Positions 38,690 through 48,854 of a DNA stretch of 64,000 nt are shown in pieces (positions within the stretch are counted from its first letter, which is position 1; every line of letters starts with the position of its first letter). Source of the stretch: Candidatus Bathyarchaeota archaeon (GTDB taxonomy: Archaea; Thermoproteota; Bathyarchaeia; Bathyarchaeales; Bathycorpusculaceae). Made by a program: the position numbers and the translations under genes. Location of the stretch: contig CAVRFW010000012.1 of assembly GCA_963720565.1 (NCBI GenBank), positions 32,001-96,000 on the forward strand. Direction: 5' to 3'. Under the pieces are notes generated by a model, which was not told the origin of the DNA, ran no database searches, and worked only from the letters and a program-made list of their open reading frames with translations.

Positions 38690-39477
38690 ATGAAAAAGTA
38701 TCACTGTTCGAATCCTAATTGTAAGAGCGTTTTCTCTGAACCCAAAGTGATAATGTATCGTGTATGCCCGACCTGTCAAACCATGATTGACTCAACAGCA
38801 GCCATTTATCAAGCTGGAACAGTTGTTGAAGAAGAACAGGTACCGACAAGACAATCCAAAACAACAGATGTTCTCAAAAAGCAAGTCATGTCTCAAACCG
38901 AAGAACCCAAAACAACGGAAACGAAAAACCAGCTACCGTTAGAAGCGAAAGAACCAGAAATTGCGCAACCTCCAGTAGCCGAACAGGAGACGAAAGAGAC
39001 AAAATCAACAGATACAACTACGAAACCATCACCAAAAACCACGGAATCTGATGTCGCCGAATTAAAACCGGCATTGTCAACAAAACCAGAAGAGCCCAAA
39101 CCAGTGCAACTCGAAGAGATTGAACCCAATCGCGCAGAGCATAAAAGCAACAATGCAGCAAATAGAGGTAGAATCTAAAAAAGTAGAATCTAAGATTGCG
39201 ATGCCGCCGAAAACAATAGCGCAAGCCAAAACGAGTCAGCAGAAAACTGAACCGAAAACCATGGTTCAGCAATCGGTTAAAAGCAAGACAGATAGCGCTA
39301 CATCCGACAAGACTTGTCAGCACTATTTACGGTTATCTGGGACAGCGGGAAAAGGGGGAAGGAATACCTAGTTCCTGCGTGGAATGCGCCAAGTCCCTAG
39401 ATTGCATGCTCGCTGAATACTACAAGTCAAAAGAGACCGTTGAAGAAATCAGGAAATGGTACCGTCCGAAACTTTAA
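38690..39477 (+). CDS. Protein with N-terminal zinc finger, low-complexity T/E/K/P linker and C-terminal Cys cluster (frameshifted)
   Basis: CSNPNC...CPTC at the start; after shifts near 39170 and 39330 it reads CQHY..YLGQREKGEGIPSSCVECAKSLDCML...RPKL*. Confidence 0.65.
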
Positions 39478-39519
39478 GAGAGGACCAGTCCAAGGCATCT
39501 ACGTTAGGCAAGAAGGAAT

Positions 39520-39870
39520 TTATTCTTCGCTTACGCCAATGAATTTTCGTATGGCATCTATTGTTTGCTTCAGGGTTTTTTCGGTTAAGGGCGGATCGTA
39601 GGGTATGCGGAGAACCTCCCAACCGTTAGCAGTCAGCATTTCAGCGATTTCCTCGTCTTGCTTTTGTTTTTTGTCACCTGAGTGCGCTTGCACACCATCT
39701 AGATAAACGATTTTTCGCTTGTTGAGCCAGCAAAAATCAGGGATCGTAGATTTCAGCACTATTGTTTTTTGTGTTACCATGCCGTTGGTCAGTCCAGCTG
39801 CGCTTAATGCTTTGAAAACTTCGATTTCAGCTTTGCTGACTTTAGGGTGTAATCTTGCCTTGTAGCTCAA
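39520..39870 (-). CDS. DUF559/Vsr-like endonuclease-fold protein
   Basis: 'S.AE', 'PDF', 'YLDG..AH......D......L...GWEVLRI'. Confidence 0.8.
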   Translation of the reverse strand: MSYKARLHPKVSKAEIEVFKALSAAGLTNGMVTQKTIVLKSTIPDFCWLNKRKIVYLDGVQAHSGDKKQKQDEEIAEMLTANGWEVLRIPYDPPLTEKTLKQTIDAIRKFIGVSEE

Positions 39871-40085
39871 TGCGACAGCTCCGGTTTCCCGTTAGATTAG
39901 GTGTATCCCCTAAAATGGGTTTTCCTCACGACACCTTTGCCTTCCGATTGTGGGCATGTTTTTCGTGTATGCTATAGGCCTTTGTCTTTGACCAAAAGAA
40001 GACAGCAACAATGTGACGCGCTGGGGTTTAGCAGTTAACTTTTAAATCCCGTTGTTAGTATTTCGTGTAAGGCATATAAGTGCGC

Positions 40086-40202
40086 GCGGGGGTCGCCGAG
40101 CCAGGTCAAAGGCGTAGAATCGCGTTGATAACTCAAGCGATGTGCATGCTTCAGGAGCCTATCCTGTAGGGGTTCGTGGGTTCGAATCCCACCCCCGCAC
40201 CA
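40086..40202 (+). tRNA. tRNA-Leu(CAG) with 30-nt intron (40118-40147) at non-canonical position 29/30
   Basis: Removing 40118-40147 restores TAGGC-TTCAGGA-GCCTA; BHB geometry present; 3' acceptor strand is one C short (probable homopolymer error); CCA encoded. Confidence 0.9.
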
Positions 40203-40463
40203 TCTTCTCAGGCTTTATTTCATCTAAGAATCAGGTTTGCAGTTTATCTCAGCAATTAAGGATGAATTTACGAGCTTTTGCTTAGGGGTGGACACCCAAA
40301 AATTTGACGGCTAAAATATTGTTTTTCTTGCATTACTCATTTTAGAATTGACCAGAGACACTACAGTCAAAAACAGGATTTGTCTTACATATCTGTAGGA
40401 ATAGAGTTGACAAAAATGTAGAAAGCAGCATTGAAGTATCATTGAGCACTATTCGGTATCTAG

Positions 40464-41720
40464 TTAATCGTTTGTGAGTGAAGTACCGTTCCAGAAGAAC
40501 AGCTGCTTGTACCTTTGCATAGCTTCAGATCCTGCATCTTCGTATATAACGTCCAGTTTCGAACCGCGAGACTCTATGAGTTGATTCAGTTCGCTCCATA
40601 CAATTGGAGATAATGTATCTGGCTCCCAGAGACCCCATATTTTGTCGTTGGGGCCGCGAAAACCGTATCCATAATCCTTGGGAAGAACATAAGCCGTCTC
40701 GCCGGGGGGCTCTCTTGGTTGCGGGTTGTTTTTATGGTAGTTCCAAAATTCTTTCATTGAGTTTAGGTGGTCTTGAGTCAAGAGGCCGTTTTCGGTTATG
40801 TTTGTGGGATAGTTGAAGACAACGATGTACTTGGCTCCGTTATCGTAAGCTAAGACCATGTCTTTGTAGAGCTCTTCTGCGCTTTCTATGTAGGGGGGTT
40901 GCGTGTAGGTCCAGGTTACTATCGCGCCCCAGTCGCTGTTATGTGCAGTTGCGGCGCCTCTGCACAGGGCAATGTTTACTTGTCTGCTGTGGTTCCAGCC
41001 GAACTGTGCGAAAACAGTGTTGTAGCAAGCTACATAATCGTACCAGTATAGGGCGTAGTCAGAGGTGAATATGGTGAAGTTGCCTGTCATGTTGAAGTTG
41101 CCAGCCCACCACAGCAAACCTTGCTCGGCTACGGCGTTCACGTATTGGATGGCTGCGTCGCTGTAGTTTAGCGCGTTGTTGACTGGTCTGTGCTCTGCGA
41201 GGTCTATTTGTTTTCCGCCTGGCTCGTCAAATGTGTAGACTCCCAGGAAATGTTTGCCCCACCTTTGTTTGGCGACTTGAAAGAAGTTTGTGTCGTTAAC
41301 GTATTCTAGTAAGCTCATGAATGGAATGAAATACAATCCTCGACTGTAAAGATTGTCAAAAACCTTGTACAGCGCTGAGGAATTTCTGGTTATCCCTAAA
41401 TCACTAACAATCACCAGGTTTACGTACTCTTTCACCTCATCGACAAAGATTAAAATCTCTTCAACGGTCGCGTGGCCCGTCATAACGCCGACAAACACAT
41501 CTTTCTCCACTGACAAATTGGGAACGATGCAGGCAAAAAACGCCAAAAGCAGAACGACTACAAATAGAACGATGAGGACTCGTGAAACCCTTGTTTTGTC
41601 TAATAGAGAATGGATAGTTCTCTTTGAAGACTGGTCTTCCGCCAGATTTCTAAACAGTGGAAACCTCAACCCCAAGGTTACGAGAAACCCTCCTTTGTTT
41701 TTAAATTCTTCTATGCTCAT
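40464..41720 (-). CDS. Membrane-anchored extracellular protein, possible TIM-barrel glycoside-hydrolase-like fold
   Basis: N-terminal TM, many sequons, 'YTFDEPGG', 'TSDYALYWYDY'; function not assignable. Confidence 0.6.
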   Translation of the reverse strand: MSIEEFKNKGGFLVTLGLRFPLFRNLAEDQSSKRTIHSLLDKTRVSRVLIVLFVVVLLLAFFACIVPNLSVEKDVFVGVMTGHATVEEILIFVDEVKEYVNLVIVSDLGITRNSSALYKVFDNLYSRGLYFIPFMSLLEYVNDTNFFQVAKQRWGKHFLGVYTFDEPGGKQIDLAEHRPVNNALNYSDAAIQYVNAVAEQGLLWWAGNFNMTGNFTIFTSDYALYWYDYVACYNTVFAQFGWNHSRQVNIALCRGAATAHNSDWGAIVTWTYTQPPYIESAEELYKDMVLAYDNGAKYIVVFNYPTNITENGLLTQDHLNSMKEFWNYHKNNPQPREPPGETAYVLPKDYGYGFRGPNDKIWGLWEPDTLSPIVWSELNQLIESRGSKLDVIYEDAGSEAMQRYKQLFFWNGTSLTND

Positions 41721-42537
41721 TCATCCGGGCTACATCGAAAATGCCTACATGAAAAGGCTTCCTGCTACATTGAAAATTCAGGCAAGCGCGCGCTCACCCA
41801 GGAAGATCTCGTAAAAAAGGTGGGGTGCGAAGAGAAACTATACTCTTCATAGAAAAGGGAAACTACAATCTCTCGTTGAAGATAGCGTATGATATAGCGA
41901 AAGCCTTTCAGACCACGATTGATGATCTTTTCATCTTCGAAGACTCATGAAGCAATCCCATTTTCTCTTTTTTTTAGGCTGTGCCCTCATAATTCAAACG
42001 TTTGCCTGAGTTAACGGCAATAGGCTTCTGTAAAGGATGATTCAAAAAATCACTTTTTTTGCATAATGGAAAAATATCTGGGATGACATAGTAGTGGGTG
42101 AGATGACGGGAAATGGTGGAGTACGTTAGGGGAAGTAAGATTGATAAGTGGCATTTTTGCAAAAACTGTACTCAGTATCCAATATACGTCTACCAAAGAA
42201 CGTCGACAAAACCGCCTAATATTTGCGAGCAGTGCACGACAAAGGTAAGAAACAGAGACTGCGCGACATAGATTTCGCTGCTTCGGCATTATTATCTCTG
42301 CTGTGGGTGTATGTATACTGCAGTCTCGTCTTTTGGCATCAGTTTCGGAGCGAAGGGTGGGTGGAATTTTCCAGTTCCTGGCCGTTTGATTTTCATTTTG
42401 GCTGACGTATTCTTTTGTTTGTTTTTCATCGCTAATTTGCGCGGATGGTCTTGTTTTTTTGGTATTTGTATTTTTGTAAGACACTTTGGGCGTGCGAATG
42501 TTTATTAGTAATATTTATTAAGACTTAAGATTTACTG

Positions 42538-44187
42538 TTGCGAGTGATTACATTGCAGCAGACAAACCCAAAGATACTCATCATAGGATTAGGCCAAATA
42601 GGATACCACAACGCAGAATACCTAACCCGACTCGGCTTAAACGTGGAAGGCTTCGACCTCGAGAGAAACGCAATCAAACGAGCCCTCGACTCCAAAATCA
42701 TACAAAGAGAAGCAAAAAACTTCGAGGGATACGATTGCCACTTGATCTGCGTTTCCACTCACAACCCAAACAACATGGCGGAACCCCTTCTGGACGGGCT
42801 ACTGGAAACAGCTGAACGCCTAAAACAAGAAGGAAAAGAAGGCGGACTCGTCTCAATAGAGAGCACAATTACCAAGGGAGTCTCCAACCAGGTTGAAAGA
42901 CTCTTGGAGCATAAACTTCACGTGGCTCATGTTCCTCACAGGTTCTATTCTGAAGACAAGAAAGAACACGGAGTAAAACAGCTGAGAGTATTGGGAGGCT
43001 GCAAAGGCTGCTGCACACGAGCAGCGCTAAACTTCTACGCCTCAGTCCTAGGCATCCCCGTGTACACAGTAAAATCAGTGGAAGTTGCAGAGCTCTCCAA
43101 GATAATCGAGAATTCACACAGGTTCTTGGAAATTGCTTTTGCTGAAGAGCTCAAGATGTTCTGCGACGATCAGGGTTTAGACTTTGAAGAACTGCAAGGC
43201 GCAATAAACTCTAAATGGAACATTAGAATCCTTGAAGCCCGCAATGGAATCGGCGGCCATTGCCTACCTAAAGACACCCAAATGTTCTTCGATCTAGCCA
43301 GAAATCTGCTTCCCGCCTCAACACTGTCAGCTGCAATCGAATCGGACAGACTGTACCAGTTCCATCTTGCGGAAAGCAAAGATTTCCAAGTTGTCTTTCC
43401 ATCTAGACATACTCCAGCAGAAACGATGCACAATCCATTAAGAGCTGATCCTTGCTTGAAACTCGTCGCTGCCGCAGCTGTTGCATCGACACTGGTAATT
43501 GTTCTTGGATTCATAATGGTAAGCCCAATCTTTGTTAATCCTCTTCAAGTCGAACCGAAACAGCGAATAATGCTCAGCTTCAGCATCTCAGAATCTGACG
43601 ACGTTGTGACATGGTGCGAAAACCTGTCGGCGGTCCTCAATGAATACGATCTGAGCGCAACGGTATTCATAGTCGGCAAAGTGGCCGAACAGCATCCAGA
43701 ATGTGTGCGATGTTTCAGCAACAAAGTTGACATCGGAAGCCAAACATACAGCAACTCAAACCTTACCTCTATTCCTTATTATGAGGCTCAGCTGGCGGAA
43801 GTAAGAAAGGGGAAACTCGCCGTGGAGACCGCGGGCAACCTTCTCTCAAGAGTTTTCATGGCACCGAGCAAGGCAACAGACCAAAACATCTACTCACTTT
43901 TAAGCCAAAACGAGATACTGGCAGATTTCTCATATGACGGGCAATACAATGTTTTCGTGGGCACTCAATTTCTAAAATTTGATGCTTTTGTTTTCGACGG
44001 CGCAACTTGCTCTGCAGACGTCATATTGGCAAACGGCGAAACGTCAAAAGTGACAGTTCTGCACTTTGACAACGGATGTTCAACAGAGCTCATTGAAAAT
44101 TTCATAGATTCACTGAGAACTGGACAGTTCGATTTCGTCAATGCCTCCGAAATCACTGGACTCGAATTAACAGTGAGGGGGACTTGA
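42538..44187 (+). CDS. UDP-glucose/UDP-ManNAc dehydrogenase-like domain fused via a TM helix to a degenerate polysaccharide deacetylase domain
   Basis: GLGQIG Rossmann motif, IEST, AELSKIIENS, GIGGHCLPKD; C-terminal NodB-like 'ATVFIVGKVAE..P'. Confidence 0.8.
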   Translation: MRVITLQQTNPKILIIGLGQIGYHNAEYLTRLGLNVEGFDLERNAIKRALDSKIIQREAKNFEGYDCHLICVSTHNPNNMAEPLLDGLLETAERLKQEGKEGGLVSIESTITKGVSNQVERLLEHKLHVAHVPHRFYSEDKKEHGVKQLRVLGGCKGCCTRAALNFYASVLGIPVYTVKSVEVAELSKIIENSHRFLEIAFAEELKMFCDDQGLDFEELQGAINSKWNIRILEARNGIGGHCLPKDTQMFFDLARNLLPASTLSAAIESDRLYQFHLAESKDFQVVFPSRHTPAETMHNPLRADPCLKLVAAAAVASTLVIVLGFIMVSPIFVNPLQVEPKQRIMLSFSISESDDVVTWCENLSAVLNEYDLSATVFIVGKVAEQHPECVRCFSNKVDIGSQTYSNSNLTSIPYYEAQLAEVRKGKLAVETAGNLLSRVFMAPSKATDQNIYSLLSQNEILADFSYDGQYNVFVGTQFLKFDAFVFDGATCSADVILANGETSKVTVLHFDNGCSTELIENFIDSLRTGQFDFVNASEITGLELTVRGT

Positions 44188-45623
44188 CAATCTCAACCAT
44201 CAATGTTCAGCTCCCCGAAATCGTCCTTGACGAGCAAGACGTTGCAGAACTAAATGATCCGAAAACTAACCAAGAGAACATGGGTAAGGTAAGCAGGAAA
44301 GCGTGGACTATTCGCGCAGCCACCATAGGCGCAATCACTTTTTTCATGTTTTATAATCTAACAGTCGCGTGGCTGATGTGGGATCCGCTAATCGTGTATT
44401 CGACTTTGATGCCGCTGCACACGTTGATAGTTTTCATCGTCGGCTGGGTCTTCTTCAAGAACAAATCAACTGGAAAAATTCCAGAAGACCTAGTTTCAGT
44501 GATTGTTCCGGTTTACAACCAGGCAGGGCTGATAGAGGATGTATTGAACGCGGTTCTAAAATCCACTTATTCGAACATTGAAGTCTTGGCGGTGAATGAC
44601 GGAAGCAAGGACGGCACGGACAAGATTCTGGATGCATTGGCTGAGAGGAACAGTAAGCTCAAGGTTATCCATAAACCAAACGGGGGAAAACGAACCGCTG
44701 TTGCAACCGGTTTCTACGCCTCGAAAGGAGAGTATATCGTGCTCATCGATTCAGACAGCGTCGTTGACTGCAGGGCAATAGAGAAATTCATGAGAACCTT
44801 TAGCGCAAACCCGAAAGTTGGGGGCGTCGTCGGTAACTGTAAGGTTTTGAACGCGAACAAAAACTTGCTGACGAAGTGTCAAGACGCATGGTATGACTAC
44901 GCTTTCAACATTCACAAGACGACTGAAAGTACATTTGGCACAGTCTTATGTTGCTCGGGCTGCTTGGCCTCCTACAGACGAGCGGCGATAGCCCGTTTTA
45001 TTCCTTTTTGGGCTAACGCTAAGGTTCAAAACAGCGACGATAGGGACTTGACGAGTTACGTGCTGGGATCGCCATGGGCAAAGAACGATCTCGCTCCACT
45101 GTCATTGCAGTTGATGAAGGAAATGGCGAACTACGACGATTCTGAGGACCGAGGTTTGACAGCTCACACACTTATGGAGTGGGAAACCGTCTACGTGCCC
45201 ACTGCGGTAGTCTACACGGAAGTTCCTGAAACCCCCAAGTCATACATTAGGCAACAGACGAGATGGAAGAAAGGCTACATTAGATCATGCTTCTTTGTTA
45301 GCGCGTTCTTCTGGAGGAAAAACCCTCTCATGGCGCTGGTTTTCTATTTGGAATTCATGAGCACCTTCGTATCGCCTGCAGTGATCTTTGCAATATACAT
45401 CTATGCTCCTTCCGTGCTGCATCTCTACCTAATTCCGTTGACATACCTTATCGGTCAGCTTCTGATCGGTTTTGCTGCAGGGCTTGACTACAAGTTTAGG
45501 GAGCCCGAGACTGCAAACTGGAAGTACAAGCCGCTGATGAATCTAGTAGCCTCCTTTGTACTTCCTTGGTTGATAATTCCTGCCTTGTGGACGTTTAGGA
45601 AAAATCGGTGGATGACTCGGTGA
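44184..45623 (+). CDS. Processive GT2 synthase, hyaluronan/chitin(NodC)-synthase-like
   Basis: PVYNQ, NDGSKD, GGKR.A, DSDS, 'FGTVLCCSGCL..YR', EDR.LT, QQTRWKK; N- and C-terminal TM helices. Confidence 0.88.
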   Translation: MTISTINVQLPEIVLDEQDVAELNDPKTNQENMGKVSRKAWTIRAATIGAITFFMFYNLTVAWLMWDPLIVYSTLMPLHTLIVFIVGWVFFKNKSTGKIPEDLVSVIVPVYNQAGLIEDVLNAVLKSTYSNIEVLAVNDGSKDGTDKILDALAERNSKLKVIHKPNGGKRTAVATGFYASKGEYIVLIDSDSVVDCRAIEKFMRTFSANPKVGGVVGNCKVLNANKNLLTKCQDAWYDYAFNIHKTTESTFGTVLCCSGCLASYRRAAIARFIPFWANAKVQNSDDRDLTSYVLGSPWAKNDLAPLSLQLMKEMANYDDSEDRGLTAHTLMEWETVYVPTAVVYTEVPETPKSYIRQQTRWKKGYIRSCFFVSAFFWRKNPLMALVFYLEFMSTFVSPAVIFAIYIYAPSVLHLYLIPLTYLIGQLLIGFAAGLDYKFREPETANWKYKPLMNLVASFVLPWLIIPALWTFRKNRWMTR

Positions 45624-46423
45624 GGCAAATGTGGTTTAGCACAAAGAAGAAACTAGCAGTTGTTCTTTCCTCGTTAATCGTGATTTCCATGTTGCTTGCG
45701 GCACTCGCAGCAGGCGTGCTGAGAGAACGCCCCGAACGTTACATTGTCTTGCGAGTGGACGACATCCAGGATTACGCCTTCAGGGATGCTCAACTGTTCC
45801 TCTTGAACTACAGCGCTGAAGCAGACCTGACGATGAGTTTGGGCGTTATTTCAGGTATGTTCGGGGAAGACCAGCAAGTTCTTGAGGCAACACGGTCAGC
45901 GGTAGAATCAGGTTCTGAAGTAGGCATCCACGGCTGGAATCATGAAGACCTCACAGTTCTATCGCTGAACGAGCAAAGAGACATCTTGTTTCAAGCGAAA
46001 AACCGAATAAGGCAGCTGCTTGGAGCAGACTCGACGCTGTTGATTCCGCCTATGTTCAGCTTCAACCAGGACACGATTTCTGCGATGCAGAAAGAATCAT
46101 GCAGCATCATTTCAACTTGCACAGACTATAACGAACCAAGTTTTGACGCAGAGGTCATAAACATACCAGCGACGGTGGAACTGTCAGTTCTCTCTGGCAA
46201 CACCTGGCACTTGAAGAGTTCCGACGTGGTTTTGTGGGAGGTTGAAAGAAGCTTCGAACTATATGGATATGCGGCGATCGTGACCCATCCGCAGGAGTTC
46301 TTCACGGATGGAAAACTGGACCAGACGGCTGCTAATTCCCTCATCGTTCTACTAGAAAAACTAGGGGAAACATGTAACTTCACAACGTTTGAAAACATAG
46401 CGCGTCAAAAAACAGCATCCTAA
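45608..46423 (+). CDS. Membrane-anchored polysaccharide deacetylase (CE4/DUF2334-like)
   Basis: LRVDD, GIHGWNH, IPP, VTHP motifs intact; N-terminal anchor. Confidence 0.85.
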   Translation: MDDSVRQMWFSTKKKLAVVLSSLIVISMLLAALAAGVLRERPERYIVLRVDDIQDYAFRDAQLFLLNYSAEADLTMSLGVISGMFGEDQQVLEATRSAVESGSEVGIHGWNHEDLTVLSLNEQRDILFQAKNRIRQLLGADSTLLIPPMFSFNQDTISAMQKESCSIISTCTDYNEPSFDAEVINIPATVELSVLSGNTWHLKSSDVVLWEVERSFELYGYAAIVTHPQEFFTDGKLDQTAANSLIVLLEKLGETCNFTTFENIARQKTAS

Positions 46424-46463
46424 CCAGGATAATGCAAAAATCCAGAAGAGCAGAGGTAAGCCT

Positions 46464-47360
46464 CTACCCAAGATTCTGCATTTCAGCATACTTCTTCCAT
46501 GAATCATCTATCCAATTTTTGAAGACTCGAATATCCTCATCTGTCATTAACTTGTATCTTTCTTGAATTTTCAGAAAGTTCTCTATGGGCTTCCGTTTTT
46601 CTTTGCTGATAAGACTTGCGCTTGGACCTGTCAGATGGAATCTTCCGTTTTCTATCTCGAAGAGAGCCCACGCTCCGGTTTCTACTGCTAATCTGCCTAC
46701 GTGTATTGTCTCGTCTGCCGGTGTTCTCCAGCCGGGTGGACATGGACTGTAGAGGTGAATGTACTTGAAGCCTGTGTATGTCAACGCTTTCCGGAGTTTC
46801 TGGACGAAATCTTGGGCGTAGGATATGTTGGCGGTTGCGATGTAGGGTATGTTGTGTGCTTTCATGATGAGGGGCATGTCTTTCTTGAATAACTTCTTGC
46901 CGCCTGGCGAATTGGCAGTCAATGCGCCATATGGGGTTGCGCCGCTTTCTTGAACTCCGGTGTTCATGTAGCCTTCATTGTCGTAGCAAATGTAGAGCAT
47001 GTTGTCTTGTCGATGAGCGGCGCTTGAGAGTGCAGATAGGCCTATGTCAGCTGTTCCTCCGTCTCCAGCCCAGACTACAACGTTTACTTCCTCTATGTTT
47101 CGAACTTTTAGAGCGGCAAGCACTCCGGAAGCGACGGCAGCGGACGAAGCGAACGCCACGTTTAAGGCTGGAACTCTCAATGCTGTTTTCGGATACGAGC
47201 CCTGAATGATTGCGGAGCAGTTGGCTGGAATAATCAGAATTGTTCGTTTGCCCAATATTCTCATGGCTAATCTTAGACTTAGGGCGGCGCCGCAGCCCAT
47301 GCAAGAAGATGTTCCAGGCAGAAGGTATTCTTCCTGGGGCAATTGTTTGATGAAGCTCAT
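46464..47360 (-). CDS. porB: Pyruvate/2-oxoacid:ferredoxin oxidoreductase beta subunit
   Basis: SCMGCG, GDGGTADIG, DNEGYMNTGVQ TPP motif, SPCPPGW. Confidence 0.93.
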   Translation of the reverse strand: MSFIKQLPQEEYLLPGTSSCMGCGAALSLRLAMRILGKRTILIIPANCSAIIQGSYPKTALRVPALNVAFASSAAVASGVLAALKVRNIEEVNVVVWAGDGGTADIGLSALSSAAHRQDNMLYICYDNEGYMNTGVQESGATPYGALTANSPGGKKLFKKDMPLIMKAHNIPYIATANISYAQDFVQKLRKALTYTGFKYIHLYSPCPPGWRTPADETIHVGRLAVETGAWALFEIENGRFHLTGPSASLISKEKRKPIENFLKIQERYKLMTDEDIRVFKNWIDDSWKKYAEMQNLG

Positions 47361-48550
47361 TTTTCAACAACCTCCTTTGTGGCCACCCATTCTTCCTTGG
47401 GATATTTCACTCCCTTCTTGAGGGCGTCAAGGCCTTTTCTTGCTGCTCTGGTGAGGTCTCTTATTCTTATGTCTCTGCCTCCGAGGCCTGCGATGAAACC
47501 TAGAACAAGGGGTTTCTCTTCCAAATGATAAAGTGCACTTTTTAGCTCCGTGAAGAGTGCGCCCTCCATTCCGAATGATATGTCACGGTCGATGACTACG
47601 AAAGCTTTCACTCTCTTTCCCAGTTCTTGTAACGCTTCTACAGGGAAGGGTCTGAAAACTCGCAGTTTAACGGCGCCAACTGGCAGTTTCTCCTTTCGGA
47701 GCCGGTCAACGGCTTCTTTGGCTTCGCTGCTTATGGCTCCCATAGAAACTATGGCTATGTCGATGTCTCTGCACTTGTAGCATTGAACCTGAGATTCGTA
47801 GTCTCGACCAAACTGTTTGGAGAATTCTGAGGCAGTTTCGCTGATGACGAGTCTGGCGTTTTCCATGGCTTTCTGAATTAAGAGACGAAACTCCATGTAC
47901 AATTCTGGACTTACAAGGTTACCGTGAGTCGTGGGTTTCTCCAAGTTAATCAGGGCATGCTCAGTGTTGTATGGTTTTAGGAAGGCGTCCACTGTTCTTT
48001 GATCAGGCAGCTCAAGAGGCATGGCTGTGTGCGAGAGTTCAAATCCGTCGTAGCACACCATGGCAGGCAGGAGAACTCGGGGATCTTCCGCGACCTTGTA
48101 CGCCTGCAATACGGTGTCGAGGATGTCTTGGTTGTTTTCGCAGTAAAATTGGATCCATCCGGTGTCTCTTTGACTGATTGAGTCGTTGTGGTCAACCCAG
48201 ATTGACCAGGGTGGGGCTATTGCACGGTTGACTTGAGCCATTACTATTGGTAGTCTGCTTCCGGAGGCCCAGTGAAGCATCTCGTGCATGTACAGCAAGC
48301 CCTGGGAAGATGTTGCTGTGAAGGTTCTAACGCCTGCCGCTGAGGCTCCGATGCAGGCTGACATTGCGCTGTGCTCGGATTCTACCTTGATGTACTCGGC
48401 GTTCATCTGGCCGTTGGCAATGAACTCTGAGATTTTCTCCACCACGGCGGTCTGGGGCGTGATTGGATAAGCTGCGACTACTCTGACGCGGGCGAGTTTT
48501 ACCGCGTAGGCAGCGGCGTAGTTACCATTTGCCACCAGTTTTTGCGGCAT
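47357..48550 (-). CDS. porA: Pyruvate/2-oxoacid:ferredoxin oxidoreductase alpha subunit
   Basis: AYPITPQT, VESEHSA, TATSSQGL, GLGGRD. Confidence 0.94.
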   Translation of the reverse strand: MPQKLVANGNYAAAYAVKLARVRVVAAYPITPQTAVVEKISEFIANGQMNAEYIKVESEHSAMSACIGASAAGVRTFTATSSQGLLYMHEMLHWASGSRLPIVMAQVNRAIAPPWSIWVDHNDSISQRDTGWIQFYCENNQDILDTVLQAYKVAEDPRVLLPAMVCYDGFELSHTAMPLELPDQRTVDAFLKPYNTEHALINLEKPTTHGNLVSPELYMEFRLLIQKAMENARLVISETASEFSKQFGRDYESQVQCYKCRDIDIAIVSMGAISSEAKEAVDRLRKEKLPVGAVKLRVFRPFPVEALQELGKRVKAFVVIDRDISFGMEGALFTELKSALYHLEEKPLVLGFIAGLGGRDIRIRDLTRAARKGLDALKKGVKYPKEEWVATKEVVEK

Positions 48551-48854
48551 CCTTCATTTCTCCTTTAAACTTCATCGTTATTGCTTTCATGGGGCATTCT
48601 TTTGCGCAGATTCCGCAGCCCTTGCAATGTGAAAGTTCAACTTCGGGTTCGTAGTTCGGGTCAAGTTTTATGGCGCCTTCTGGACAGTAGAGCCAGCAAA
48701 TTGCGCACTTCGTGCAACGTGACTTGCTTATGGTGGGTTGAAATATTCGCCATGTGCTGATGTCAACAGCGCCTTCCTCGGATGGAACTGATATGGGGGT
48801 TCTCGGCAGAATCGGAGGTGCGGATTTGACTCGTTTTCTAGCCAGCTTTATCAA
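48522..48854 (-). CDS. porD: 2-oxoacid:ferredoxin oxidoreductase delta subunit (2x[4Fe-4S])
   Basis: WR...P, CTKCAICWLYCP, CKGCGICAKECP. Confidence 0.93.
   Translation of the reverse strand: MIKLARKRVKSAPPILPRTPISVPSEEGAVDISTWRIFQPTISKSRCTKCAICWLYCPEGAIKLDPNYEPEVELSHCKGCGICAKECPMKAITMKFKGEMKDAAKTGGKW

Noticed and set aside
36959..40202. Integrated element between tRNA-Ser(TGA) and tRNA-Leu
   Set aside because: No integrase and no duplicated tRNA 3' end (att site) seen.
41974..42484. Short minus-strand ORFs upstream of the EPS operon
   Set aside because: No recognisable motif and strong compositional bias; I cannot support a gene call.
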